DNA from: an uncultured Nitrospirales bacterium
GTDB taxonomy: Bacteria > Hydrogenedentota > Hydrogenedentia > Hydrogenedentales > CAITNO01
NCBI GenBank assembly: GCA_964493075.1
Contig: CAZBNU010000005.1
Location: forward strand, 1,184-44,794
Direction: 5' to 3'
Length of the DNA stretch: 43,611 bases
Shown here: in pieces, positions 24,994 to 34,026 of the stretch
How positions within the stretch are numbered: the first letter of the stretch is position 1
Layout of the letters: each line of letters begins with the position of its first letter
Notes under the pieces: generated by a model
Seen by the model: the letters and a program-made list of their open reading frames with translations, nothing else
Told to the model about the DNA's origin: nothing
The model's database searches: none
Made by a program: the position numbers and the translations under genes

Positions 24994-25734
24994 ATGAAGA
25001 AGTGTTTTGTTTTTTCGAGTATTGTACTGGCCTTTGCCCTTGTTCTTGGAGTAGGTGTTGGAGAGGCTGTTGCTGAGGATGATACTGCCGAGGCAGCAGG
25101 GGTTGTGCTTGAGTCTGATACGGATAAAATCAGTTATGCAATTGGACAACAATTCGGCACGACTATCGTACAGAATGAAATTGAAGTCAATGTTAAGGCT
25201 CTTCTCAAGGGTATGGAAGATATGCTGATGCAGCAGGAGCCTGCGCTTACGGAAGAGGAAATGCAGGCGGCCATGATGACGCTGCAGACGAAAATGGCAG
25301 CCAAAAAGGAGGAAATGATGGCGGAAATGCAAGCGGAAGCAGGTGAAAATCTGAAAGTAGCCCAGGCCTTTCTGGAAGAGAACAAGACAAAAGAGGGCGT
25401 TGTGGAGCTTCCCAGCGGCCTGCAATATATGGTCGTTGAAAAAGGCGAGGGCGATCCGCCAGCAGCAACCTCGAAAGTTAAAGTACACTACCGCGGCACC
25501 CTGTTGGATGGTACCCAGTTTGATAGTTCCTACGACCGTGGGGAGCCGGCCACTTTTGGCGTAAATCAGGTGATTGCAGGGTGGCAGGAAGCGTTGCAGC
25601 TGATGTCGCCCGGCGGCAAGTTGAAACTGTTCATTCCGCCGAATCTGGCTTATGGCGAAAATGGCAATGCCCGTATTCCCGGCAATTCACTGTTGCTTTT
25701 CGATGTTGAGTTGCTTGAGATATTGCCGGAATAA
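24994..25734 (+). CDS. FKBP-type peptidyl-prolyl cis-trans isomerase with N-terminal dimerisation domain (FkpA/Mip-like), secreted
   Basis: ORF track starts at a TTG at 24949. The ATG at 24994 (MKKCFVFSSIVLAFALVLGVGVGEAVA signal peptide) follows AAGGA. FKBP domain motifs: VKVHYRGTLLDGTQFDSSYDRGEP, VIAGWQEAL, LLFDVELLEI. Confidence 0.85.
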   Translation: MKKCFVFSSIVLAFALVLGVGVGEAVAEDDTAEAAGVVLESDTDKISYAIGQQFGTTIVQNEIEVNVKALLKGMEDMLMQQEPALTEEEMQAAMMTLQTKMAAKKEEMMAEMQAEAGENLKVAQAFLEENKTKEGVVELPSGLQYMVVEKGEGDPPAATSKVKVHYRGTLLDGTQFDSSYDRGEPATFGVNQVIAGWQEALQLMSPGGKLKLFIPPNLAYGENGNARIPGNSLLLFDVELLEILPE

Positions 25735-25757
25735 GCGGTTTTTTGTGTGTGATAATG

Positions 25758-25790
25758 GCGCGCTGGTCACGGTGGCCAGCGCGCTTTTTA
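25758..25790 (+). terminator. strong intrinsic terminator after the FKBP gene
   Basis: GCGCGCTGG (25758..25766) pairs perfectly with CCAGCGCGC (25776..25784) around a 9-nt loop and is followed by TTTTTA (25785..25790). Confidence 0.75.
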
Positions 25791-25809
25791 TAATGGAGAA
25801 CCAAGTCGG

Positions 25810-27081
25810 ATGGTTGATATTCGCGGTTTTCAAGGGCTGCGCTTCGATGCGGCCATAACAGGGGCGTTGGATAACGTATTGACGCCTCCCTATGATGTGA
25901 TTGATAGTGGTGAGCGTCAACGCCTGGCAGATTCCTGTCCCTACAACATGACCCACGTTATTCTGCCCGTGGCTGAAGGAAGTGAAACAGCCTACGAGAA
26001 GTCGGCGCGCCTGTTTCATGAATGGTTGGCCTCTGGGGTTTTATGTCCCGATACCGAACCATCTCTTTATTTATTGAAGCAGCAATTCACAGGGCCTGAC
26101 GGTGCGGCTTTTGAACGTAAGGCTTTCTTTGCCTTAATGAAGTTGCCGGAGCCTGATGAGCACTATATTCTGGGGCATGAACGTACCTTTGACAAACCCG
26201 TGCAGGACCGCTTTAACCTGTTGCAGGCGGTCCAGGCCAATCTGGAGCCGATTTTTGTCATGTATTCGGACCCGGCCAATCAAGTGGCGGGCAGGTTGTT
26301 CCAGCCGCTTGCGACCGAAGCGCCTTTGCTGCAGGCGAAAACCGCTGACAAGGCTACGCAGGAACTATGGCGCGTTGCCTGCCCGGAATATCTGGTGCAG
26401 CATTTCCTGAATCAGACCCTGTATATTGCCGACGGCCATCACCGTTTCAAGACCGCCTGCGCCTGGCGTGATGCATGTCGTAAGAATAAAAGTGGGGGAG
26501 AGGAAGTGTTTCAACCCTACGATTATATTATGGCGGGCTTTGTAAGTTTCGAGGAACCCGGTCTCAAAATTTATGCCGCTCATCGCGTGGTTCCGAAGTC
26601 TTTTGATGTTGATTTCGGCAGCATAATGGCGAAATTTCAGGACTACTTTGAATGCCGGCAGTTGACGAATGCAGGTGGGGTAGCAGGACTGTCACAGGCT
26701 CCTGCCGACGCATGTGTTTTTATCATGCACACCAAAGAGGATGGCGCCTGGCTGCTGACGCTAAAGGAAGACCAGCGGATAGCGTTGGTGGGTACGGATC
26801 GAAAACCCGCCTGGCAGGCGCTCGATGTGGCGGTCTTGCATCGTGGTATTCTGAATCAACTGCTGGGTATTTCAGATAACGTAGACCTTATTTACGAGAA
26901 GGATGGCGCCACGGCCATATCTCTTGTGGAACGGGGTGAGGCTGCCCTTGCGTTTTTGATGCGTCCCACCCGCCCGGAACAGGTACGTGACTGCGCAGAG
27001 GCATTTGAGCCGATGCCTCAGAAATCCACCTACTTCTTTCCCAAACTGCCTTCAGGCGCAGTAATTTATTCGTTGACCTGA
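25810..27081 (+). CDS. DUF1015 domain-containing protein
   Basis: 423-aa ORF with GGAG 11 nt upstream. It begins with the FQGLRF... N-terminus and contains the conserved LYIADGHHRF motif of the DUF1015 family. Confidence 0.7.
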   Translation: MVDIRGFQGLRFDAAITGALDNVLTPPYDVIDSGERQRLADSCPYNMTHVILPVAEGSETAYEKSARLFHEWLASGVLCPDTEPSLYLLKQQFTGPDGAAFERKAFFALMKLPEPDEHYILGHERTFDKPVQDRFNLLQAVQANLEPIFVMYSDPANQVAGRLFQPLATEAPLLQAKTADKATQELWRVACPEYLVQHFLNQTLYIADGHHRFKTACAWRDACRKNKSGGEEVFQPYDYIMAGFVSFEEPGLKIYAAHRVVPKSFDVDFGSIMAKFQDYFECRQLTNAGGVAGLSQAPADACVFIMHTKEDGAWLLTLKEDQRIALVGTDRKPAWQALDVAVLHRGILNQLLGISDNVDLIYEKDGATAISLVERGEAALAFLMRPTRPEQVRDCAEAFEPMPQKSTYFFPKLPSGAVIYSLT

Positions 27082-27153
27082 GATTCGTCAGGGAGGTGGG
27101 TTCCGCTGCGCTTCACCCAGCCTACAATTCAATACTTTGTTTGGTCTAAAGGC

Positions 27154-29265
27154 TTATTCCGGTACCTCCACAGAATCCTCCATAGTCAGCTCGCGGAAGT
27201 CTTTGAACCGGTGGAAGGTCATGAAGTTGGCGTCGTGGTTGTTGCGTGCGCCGCCGATGCCGTCGTTGTAAGCGGTGCGGCATGCGGCAATGATGTCGTT
27301 GTCGTCAAAGCGCCAGTCCACGTACTGAAATCCATGGGCTTCCACATCGGGATGGTATAACAGAATGCAACGTACCCCCCAGATATGCAGGTCTGGGGAA
27401 CAGGTTAGCGCCAGTGTATTTCGGATACTACCCGGCTTGCCAGCGTCCTCGTGTTTTTTTAGCACAACAGTGGCGAGTGACCAGTACATGTTGCTTTTCT
27501 CGTCATAGCGGATGGTGAACTTTTTGGCACCCCCGGCAAAGTTTGTAAAGCCTGTTTCGGGGTCAAAGGAAGCGGTTTTTCCGTCGTCACTCACCGTAAC
27601 GATGGCGGCTTTTTCCGGACAATAGGTAGTGGCCACGCGCAGGATATTCAGCATTTTACCGTCGCGGGTTACCACGGCATTGCCCTCCAGCCAGCCGCCA
27701 AAATCGCCGTCCAGCCAGTCGCGATCTCCTTTAATAAAATTACTGAAGGTCCAGTTGGTGGCATTAAGCAGGTCGGCCTCGACCGGTACGGACAGCATCC
27801 CTGCCATATAGCGCAGTCCCCAAAGGGTACCGCCGGAAGCGTCCTCGAATGCGCGCCAGAGCCGTCCATTATGTTCAATCACTGGCATGGGCGCGGTGTG
27901 GTACTCTCCTTCTGGCGTCAACAGACCCGTTTCCGGTGTGTCCGGCGAAGTCCAGGTTTCCCCATTGTCATCGGAACGCCTGATGACGATGCGCCCGTGA
28001 TGTTTTTCCACACCCATGATATAGGCGGCATTATTGTGGACGAAAACCTTGGGCCAGAAAAGGCATTGCAATTGGGTCAATTCCTGCCAACTTTCGCCAC
28101 GGTCGGAGGATCGGAACACCGCCGCTGTAGCGCATTCATGCTCGTTGCTTTCTGGTCCGAAGAAATCATGGGCCGCCAGATAGTCGCCATTGGGAAGCAC
28201 AGTCAGACTGGGCGAACCGATATAACGACCTGTCGCCTGGGGCACATGGTCAATAACCACACCGGGCGGGAACGCTGTGGGCGGTGTTTTCAGGTGGATG
28301 TTGCCTGCTGTCATGATTATCGGTTGTATCAGGCCATCGGTATCATATTCCAGTTTGTCTATGGCCACCTGGCGCGTGGCGTGGAATGGTCCGTTCCCGC
28401 GCTGGTGATTCCAACGGTGGTAGACGATAAACCAGGTGTCAGTGCCGGGATAGTTCAAAAAAGAATGATGTCCGGGGCCTTTGTGGTCATTGTCGCTTTT
28501 GAGGAGCGCCCCCTGATAGTTCCAGGGCCCGGTAGGGTTGTCCGATGTGGCGTAGTGGACATTGTATGAGGCGTCGCGTGTGGATCCATTGCTGTAGGAA
28601 AGGTAGTACATGTCCTGCCGCTTGTGCATGAAAACGCCTTCGGTAAAATGGGGCGGTGTTTCCACTTTGACTTCCTGGGCGAAGCTGATCATGTCCGGGT
28701 TTAATTCAAACACGCGCAGCGTTGCGCCGGCGCTGCCGCCTGCATAGAAATAGGAAATGCCCGAATCCGGATCAGTAAACACCATGGGATCAATCGCCTC
28801 AAAACCGTCGCCCCCGGTAAGAAGCGGCTTTCCTGAATCCACAAAGGGGCCCGCGGGATTATCTCCTACGGCAACCCCGATGCGGGATGGTGTTGGATTC
28901 TGCGGTCCCACGGAATAGTAAAAATAATAGGCGCCTTCTTTTTCGGCGATGCAGGGTGCCCACGCTCCATGTTTCGGTGCGCCATCGTCATCAATCCATT
29001 TCACGTCCTTGAACTCCAATACAGGGCCGTGTTGTTCCCAATGCTGCAAGTCCTGTGAGGAATAGGCGTAGAATTGATGGATGGGTCGGGCATAATGGGT
29101 GGGATATATCCAGACGGTGTCGCCTGCAAGTATGACGTGTGGGTCAGCGCCTGGCAAGACTGGATTCAACGGTGGCTCCGGTATTGCCGCAGAGACATAT
29201 CCTGCGATCCCAGACACCCCAAAGATTAAAAGTAGAATGTTGCATTTAACGCTTTTGATCATCAT
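27154..29265 (-). CDS. secreted two-domain glycoside hydrolase: N-terminal GH43-like five-bladed propeller fused to a C-terminal BNR/sialidase-like propeller
   Basis: ORF track gives 27154..29304. I prefer the ATG at 29265 (MMIKSVKCNILLLIFGVSGIAGYVSA signal peptide). GH43 motifs: GADPHVILAGDTVWIYPT, GAWAPCIAEKEGAYYFYYS, IDPMVFTDPDSGISYFY, TEGVFMHKRQDMYYLSYS. Asp-box/BNR motifs SSDRGESW and SDDNGETW are in the C-terminal half. Confidence 0.75.
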   Translation of the reverse strand: MMIKSVKCNILLLIFGVSGIAGYVSAAIPEPPLNPVLPGADPHVILAGDTVWIYPTHYARPIHQFYAYSSQDLQHWEQHGPVLEFKDVKWIDDDGAPKHGAWAPCIAEKEGAYYFYYSVGPQNPTPSRIGVAVGDNPAGPFVDSGKPLLTGGDGFEAIDPMVFTDPDSGISYFYAGGSAGATLRVFELNPDMISFAQEVKVETPPHFTEGVFMHKRQDMYYLSYSNGSTRDASYNVHYATSDNPTGPWNYQGALLKSDNDHKGPGHHSFLNYPGTDTWFIVYHRWNHQRGNGPFHATRQVAIDKLEYDTDGLIQPIIMTAGNIHLKTPPTAFPPGVVIDHVPQATGRYIGSPSLTVLPNGDYLAAHDFFGPESNEHECATAAVFRSSDRGESWQELTQLQCLFWPKVFVHNNAAYIMGVEKHHGRIVIRRSDDNGETWTSPDTPETGLLTPEGEYHTAPMPVIEHNGRLWRAFEDASGGTLWGLRYMAGMLSVPVEADLLNATNWTFSNFIKGDRDWLDGDFGGWLEGNAVVTRDGKMLNILRVATTYCPEKAAIVTVSDDGKTASFDPETGFTNFAGGAKKFTIRYDEKSNMYWSLATVVLKKHEDAGKPGSIRNTLALTCSPDLHIWGVRCILLYHPDVEAHGFQYVDWRFDDNDIIAACRTAYNDGIGGARNNHDANFMTFHRFKDFRELTMEDSVEVPE

Positions 29266-29356
29266 CTTTTCCTTGTTCGTTTTTTCTGCAATTTCCAAAG
29301 CCATTACAGTATAGGGTATGGGTTACAACATTTCCAACATTGATGGGGCTGATCAA

Positions 29357-29386
29357 TTGACTTAACCGTCGCCTGAAACGTATCAT
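29357..29386 (+). promoter_or_regulatory. sigma70-like promoter for parA-parB
   Basis: TTGACT (29357..29362) - 18 nt - TATCAT (29381..29386), about 50 nt upstream of the parA ATG. Confidence 0.45.
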
Positions 29387-29438
29387 AACAGGATACGGAC
29401 GGGTGTCTTTCTCATTTAATTCTGGAAATAAAACTTGT

Positions 29439-30197
29439 ATGGCACGAACTATTGCTGTAGCAAATCAAAAAGGCGGCGTTGGTAAAACGACCACCACCGT
29501 GAATCTTGCGGCTGCGCTGGCTGATATGGGTCGGCGTGTGTTGCTCATTGATATGGACCCACAGGGCAATGCCACCCAGGGCGCGGGCGTGGATAGGAAT
29601 GCCTGCGTCAAAAGCGTTTATAATATGCTGGTGGAGGAGTTGCCCTGTGAGGAGGCGGTTATTGATACGCCCTACGAAAATCTTTCGGTGGTGCCGTCCC
29701 ACCGGGATTTAATTGGCGCCGCCGTGGAACTGGTCACCGAAGAACAGCGTGAGTTCCGGTTGCGAAATGCAATTGATCCTGTGCGCGACCGCTATGACTA
29801 CATTATTATTGACTGCCCTCCGTCCTTGTGTCTGCTGACGCTGAATTCGCTGGTGGCTTCTTACGAGGTTGTGATTCCGCTGCAGTGCGAATACTATGCG
29901 CTGGAGGGGCTTACCGAGTTGCTGCATACCGTAATTATTGTGCGGGAAAATCTGAATCCGAAACTGACGATTTCAGGAATCCTGCTGACCATGTATCAGC
30001 ATACCAACCTGTCCAAAAATGTGGTTGACGACGTTCGCGGCCACTTGGGAACCAGCGTATATGAGACGGTGATACCCAGAAATGTTTCGTTAAGTGAAGC
30101 GCCCGGTTTTGGTGCGCCCATAGTACATTATGCTAAAAGAAGCGCCGGAGCACTGGCTTACCAGGCATTGGCGGAAGAGGTAGCGGCCCGTGAATGA
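29439..30197 (+). CDS. parA: chromosome partitioning ATPase ParA/Soj
   Basis: MARTIAVANQKGGVGKTTT deviant Walker A at the N-terminus when started at the ATG at 29439 (track GTG at 29403). Followed directly by parB. Confidence 0.9.
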   Translation: MARTIAVANQKGGVGKTTTTVNLAAALADMGRRVLLIDMDPQGNATQGAGVDRNACVKSVYNMLVEELPCEEAVIDTPYENLSVVPSHRDLIGAAVELVTEEQREFRLRNAIDPVRDRYDYIIIDCPPSLCLLTLNSLVASYEVVIPLQCEYYALEGLTELLHTVIIVRENLNPKLTISGILLTMYQHTNLSKNVVDDVRGHLGTSVYETVIPRNVSLSEAPGFGAPIVHYAKRSAGALAYQALAEEVAARE

Positions 30198-31101
30198 TAT
30201 AAAGAAAAAGAAACTTGGCAAAGGATTGGGGGCACTGCTTCCTGAACGGCTTCCAAACGCTTCGGCCCGGCGTTCTGCTGCTGCGCCGCCAGCGGAATCC
30301 AATCCTGATTCCGACCATGACCGTGTCCTGATGCTGGACCCTACGGTTATTGGCTCGAATCCGCGTCAGCCCAGGCGGGTTTTTGAAGAGGAAGCGCTGC
30401 AGGAGCTTGCAGAATCCATCCGGCGCGATGGTGTTCAGGAGCCTATTATTGTCCGCAAGGTTGGGGACAACTACGAGATCGTATGTGGTGAACGCCGGTG
30501 TCGCGCCGCAGTAATGGCGGGACTGGAAACGCTTCCTGCCGTGTGTCGAGATGTGGCCGACAGCGAGATGCTCAAGTTTGGCATCATCGAGAATATCCAG
30601 AGGGAGGACCTTAACGCCATAGAACTGGCCCTGGCCTATAAAGAACTGATGGCGGAGTACAAGTGGACTCAGGAACGGCTCTCTGAGGAAGTGGGCAAAA
30701 AGCGCGCCACCATTGCTAATACCATCCGCCTGCTGCAGCTTCCCGAAGTGATTCAGGAACAGGTGGCGGATGGCACGTTGAGCATGGGCCATGCCCGTGC
30801 GATTTTGGCGGTTGAAGGGGTTGCCGCGCAACTCGCACTTGCCCGAAAAATTGTTTCCGGCGGCCTGTCAGTTCGCCAGGCGGAACAACTTGCCGCGAAC
30901 CTCACAACGAAGAAATCTACCAAGAAAGAAAACATTGCCAGCAAGCCGCCCCATATCATAGCACTGGAAGACAGGCTCCGTCGTCGTCTTGGCGCCAAAG
31001 TGGCGGTGAAAGAGCAAAGCGCCGGGCGCGGCCGTATAGAGATTGAATACTTTTCTCTGGACGATCTGGAACGGCTTCTGGCGCTCATTACCAAGATTTG
31101 A
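30190..31101 (+). CDS. parB: chromosome partitioning protein ParB/Spo0J
   Basis: N-terminal LGKGLGALL, the arginine patch [11 protein letters not shown], and an HTH region. The GTG start overlaps the parA stop (30195..30197). Confidence 0.9.
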   Translation: MNDIKKKKLGKGLGALLPERLPNASARRSAAAPPAESNPDSDHDRVLMLDPTVIGSNPRQPRRVFEEEALQELAESIRRDGVQEPIIVRKVGDNYEIVCGERRCRAAVMAGLETLPAVCRDVADSEMLKFGIIENIQREDLNAIELALAYKELMAEYKWTQERLSEEVGKKRATIANTIRLLQLPEVIQEQVADGTLSMGHARAILAVEGVAAQLALARKIVSGGLSVRQAEQLAANLTTKKSTKKENIASKPPHIIALEDRLRRRLGAKVAVKEQSAGRGRIEIEYFSLDDLERLLALITKI

Positions 31102-31117
31102 AAGGACACTGACGGTC

Positions 31118-32386
31118 ATGTTTGATATCCGACTCTTACGAGCAGAACCCGATACGGTAAAAGCGGCGATGGCCAAACGGCGCGCCGATGTGGATGTTGA
31201 TGCCCTGCTGGAAATTGACGGGAAACGGCGTGCCGCCATTTACGAACTTGAGCAGTTGCGCGCCCAACAGAACAAGGCAGGCGAATCCATTGCCGCGTGT
31301 AAGAGAGCAGGAACTAGTGCGGAAGATGTTATTGCGGAAATGAAATCCATTAAAGATCAGATTGCCGCAATTGAGGAGCAGGCGCGTGAACTTGACGAAG
31401 CACTGCAAACGGCATTGTTGACACTGCCGAATATTCCCGACAAAAGTGTTCCGGAAGGGGCAGATGAAAGTGTAAACCGCGTGGAACGTACTTGGGGAGA
31501 GCCACCCACGTTCGACTTTGAAGCGAGAGACCATGTGGACATTGCTGAAGGTTTGGGCATTGTTGATTTTGGTTGCGGCACGAAACTGGCAGGTGCGCGA
31601 TTTACATTAAGCCGTGGTGTGGGTGCGCTGCTCGAACGGGCGCTCATCAATTTCATGCTCGATATTCACACCCGTGAACATGGCTACACGGAAATGTCGC
31701 CGCCGTTTATGGTGAACTCTGCTTCCATGCAGGGAACGGGACAATTGCCCAAATTCTCAGCTGACCTCTTTAAGGTGGAGAACACCGATTATTGGCTTAT
31801 TCCCACGGCGGAAGTGCCTATTACCAATATACACCGTGATGAAATCCTGGACGCATCGCAATTGCCCTTGTACTACACGGCACACACCCCTTGTTTCCGC
31901 AGCGAAGCAGGCTCTTACGGCAAAGACACACGCGGCATGATCCGAGTACACCAGTTCAACAAAGTGGAGATGGTGAAGTTCACCACGCCAGAAAGTTCAT
32001 GGGAAGAACTGGAGAAGCTTACTGCCAACGCCGAAACCATACTTCAGCGGCTTGGTCTTGCTTATCGCGTGGTGACGCTGTGTACCGGCGACCTCGGATT
32101 TTCGGCGGCCAAAACCTATGATTTGGAAGTGTGGCTGCCTGCGCAAAACACATACAGAGAAATCAGTTCCTGTTCCAATTTTACGGATTTTCAGGCGCGA
32201 CGCGCCAATATCCGCTTCAAGCGGGATAAAAAACCTGAATTTGTGCATACCCTTAACGGTTCCGGCATTGCAGTGGGCCGCACGGTTGTTGCCATTCTGG
32301 AGAATTATCAGCAGGCTGACGGCAGTGTGCTGATTCCGGAAGCATTGCAACCCTACATGAACGGTATGAAGGTAATTAGTGTCTGA
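31118..32386 (+). CDS. serS: seryl-tRNA synthetase
   Basis: True start is the ATG at 31118 ([17 protein letters not shown] upstream); the track start at 31043 is an upstream extension. N-terminal coiled-coil arm and class II motifs [32 protein letters not shown]. Confidence 0.95.
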   Translation: MFDIRLLRAEPDTVKAAMAKRRADVDVDALLEIDGKRRAAIYELEQLRAQQNKAGESIAACKRAGTSAEDVIAEMKSIKDQIAAIEEQARELDEALQTALLTLPNIPDKSVPEGADESVNRVERTWGEPPTFDFEARDHVDIAEGLGIVDFGCGTKLAGARFTLSRGVGALLERALINFMLDIHTREHGYTEMSPPFMVNSASMQGTGQLPKFSADLFKVENTDYWLIPTAEVPITNIHRDEILDASQLPLYYTAHTPCFRSEAGSYGKDTRGMIRVHQFNKVEMVKFTTPESSWEELEKLTANAETILQRLGLAYRVVTLCTGDLGFSAAKTYDLEVWLPAQNTYREISSCSNFTDFQARRANIRFKRDKKPEFVHTLNGSGIAVGRTVVAILENYQQADGSVLIPEALQPYMNGMKVISV

Positions 32387-32397
32387 GTGGACGCATC

Positions 32398-33183
32398 ATG
32401 TTCATCAGACGAATGCAGGATGACATCATGACAACACACAACAGCCCTTTATATGAAAAAGCAGCGGATATACTACGCAATACCACAAACGCAATAGCCG
32501 TGACCGGCGCAGGGATTTCGGTGGAAAGCGGCATTCCGGATTTCCGGAGTGCAGGTGGTCTCTGGACACGGTATCCTCCAGACGAATACGCTACCATGGA
32601 TGCCTTTCTACGGGATCCGGACAAGGTCTGGGAGATGTGGTATGAACTGGCTGAAACGCTAAGGGGTGTTAAACCCAATCCCGGTCATTATGCGCTGGCA
32701 AAACTGGAGTCGCTTGGTCATATCAAAGCGGTTATTACGCAGAACATTGATGCGCTACACCAGCATGCAGGCAGCAACACCGTCATTGAATACCACGGGA
32801 ATGCCGACCAGATAGCCTGTTCCGCCTGTTTTCGTCACCGTGGCATGGACCTGAGTCAGCGCGCCTTGGGCGCACCCCGATGTGAATGCGGTGGTGTCAT
32901 GAAGCCAGATGTAGTGCTTTTTGGTGAGGTGATTCCTGAATACGCACTGAAAACTTCCGACATGCTTGCACGGGGCTGTGATGTGCTGATCGTGGTCGGC
33001 ACTTCTGCCCAGGTCTACCCCGCCGCAAGTCTGCCCTACCTCGCCAAAGAAAACGGCGCTACCATCATAGAATGCAACACGGAACCCACCAGTTTTACCT
33101 CGGTAATCACGGACTACTTTTTACAGGGTCCCGCTGGTGAAACACTTCCCGAACTGGTGGCCCATGTAACTGGAAAAAAGTAA
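32398..33183 (+). CDS. cobB: NAD-dependent protein deacylase, Sir2 family
   Basis: VTGAGISVESGIPDFRS NAD pocket, catalytic His in IEYHGN, and a zinc ribbon CSAC...CECGG. The ATG at 32428 (AGGA 7 nt upstream) is an alternative start. Confidence 0.85.
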   Translation: MFIRRMQDDIMTTHNSPLYEKAADILRNTTNAIAVTGAGISVESGIPDFRSAGGLWTRYPPDEYATMDAFLRDPDKVWEMWYELAETLRGVKPNPGHYALAKLESLGHIKAVITQNIDALHQHAGSNTVIEYHGNADQIACSACFRHRGMDLSQRALGAPRCECGGVMKPDVVLFGEVIPEYALKTSDMLARGCDVLIVVGTSAQVYPAASLPYLAKENGATIIECNTEPTSFTSVITDYFLQGPAGETLPELVAHVTGKK

Positions 33184-33302
33184 GCCCGGCAGTAATTACT
33201 TGATTTTTTCGGGCATTCTTGCCCTTGGGTGGCGCCTCACTTTGAAAACCGAACTTGTTTATCCGGAATACTTGTTTTGGTTTAACTGTTAGACTCTTTA
33301 CA

Positions 33303-33331
33303 TTTACGGACGTAATAGTTTACAATATATC
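33303..33331 (+). promoter_or_regulatory. candidate marR promoter with overlapping palindromic operator
   Basis: TTTACG (33303..33308) - 17 nt - TATATC (33326..33331). The inverted repeat TTACG-GA-CGTAA (33304..33315) overlaps the -35, as expected for an autoregulated MarR gene. Both hexamers are only 4/6 matches. Confidence 0.3.
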
Positions 33332-33388
33332 AATTGAAGAAAGAACCGTTGACATGTTCGTAAAGACTACAGGGAGAATGCAAGCATT

Positions 33389-33865
33389 ATGGGTGTTTCG
33401 ATTAACAGGGAGTTGGAACTTGAGCAGCCGATAGAGGATATAAAACATGAGGTCGTGTTGAATATCGTGCGCACAGCAACCTTGATTGCCCAGAAGGGCG
33501 CGCTGATATTTCGGCGTTTTGATTTGACGGAAGCGCAGTTTAATGTGTTGTTTGCGTTGAAATACAAGAAAAGTGATTGGACGCAATCAGACCTGAGCAA
33601 GCGTCTTGTGGTCACCCGAGCTAGTATTACCTCAGTGCTGGACAAACTTGAGAGTAAGAATCTTGTGAAGCGGCAGGAGGTGTCCGGCAACAGGCGAATT
33701 TATCATGTTTCGCTTACACGTCAGGGTGAAATGCTCATCAATAAAGTTGAACCGATTTACCGTTCCGGAATCCATAAGGCATTGGATGTACTGTCAGAAG
33801 AACAGTGCAGTGAACTCATTATGCGTCTGGAACAAATCCGTGGACAGGCGGAGCAGGTAGCGTAA
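33389..33865 (+). CDS. MarR-family transcriptional regulator
   Basis: 158-aa ORF with the winged-helix pattern QFNVLFAL...SDLSKRLVVTRASITSVLDKLESKNLVKR...R.....LT..G. Confidence 0.85.
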   Translation: MGVSINRELELEQPIEDIKHEVVLNIVRTATLIAQKGALIFRRFDLTEAQFNVLFALKYKKSDWTQSDLSKRLVVTRASITSVLDKLESKNLVKRQEVSGNRRIYHVSLTRQGEMLINKVEPIYRSGIHKALDVLSEEQCSELIMRLEQIRGQAEQVA

Positions 33866-34026
33866 ATGTGCTGCCGCCTGGTTGAGTCTTTCAGTTGAAG
33901 TCGCGGGCGATCAGCACTGCTGGTTGTCACTGGACCATGCGATGGCGGTCATACAAATATCATGGCCGAATACCATTGCTGTTTACCGGGCATTCTGTGT
34001 GAATGCCGTAGGAAAGAGAGGCCAAT

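Noticed and set aside
25789-25794. TATAAT immediately after the FKBP terminator as a promoter for the DUF1015 gene
   Set aside because: The matching -35 position falls inside the terminator stem and has no TTGACA-like hexamer. A start about 7 nt downstream would also exclude the GGAG ribosome-binding site.
30083-30100. parS-like sequence TGTTTCGTTAAGTGAAGC near the parA 3' end (also TGTTTCGGTGGAACA at about 6414)
   Set aside because: Neither matches the 16-bp palindrome TGTTNCACGTGAAACA in spacing or symmetry. I found no canonical parS in the window.
30133-30831. 232-aa ORF antisense to parB (similarly 27871..28569 antisense to the GH43/BNR gene)
   Set aside because: Both are shadow ORFs inside genes with strong family motifs on the other strand.
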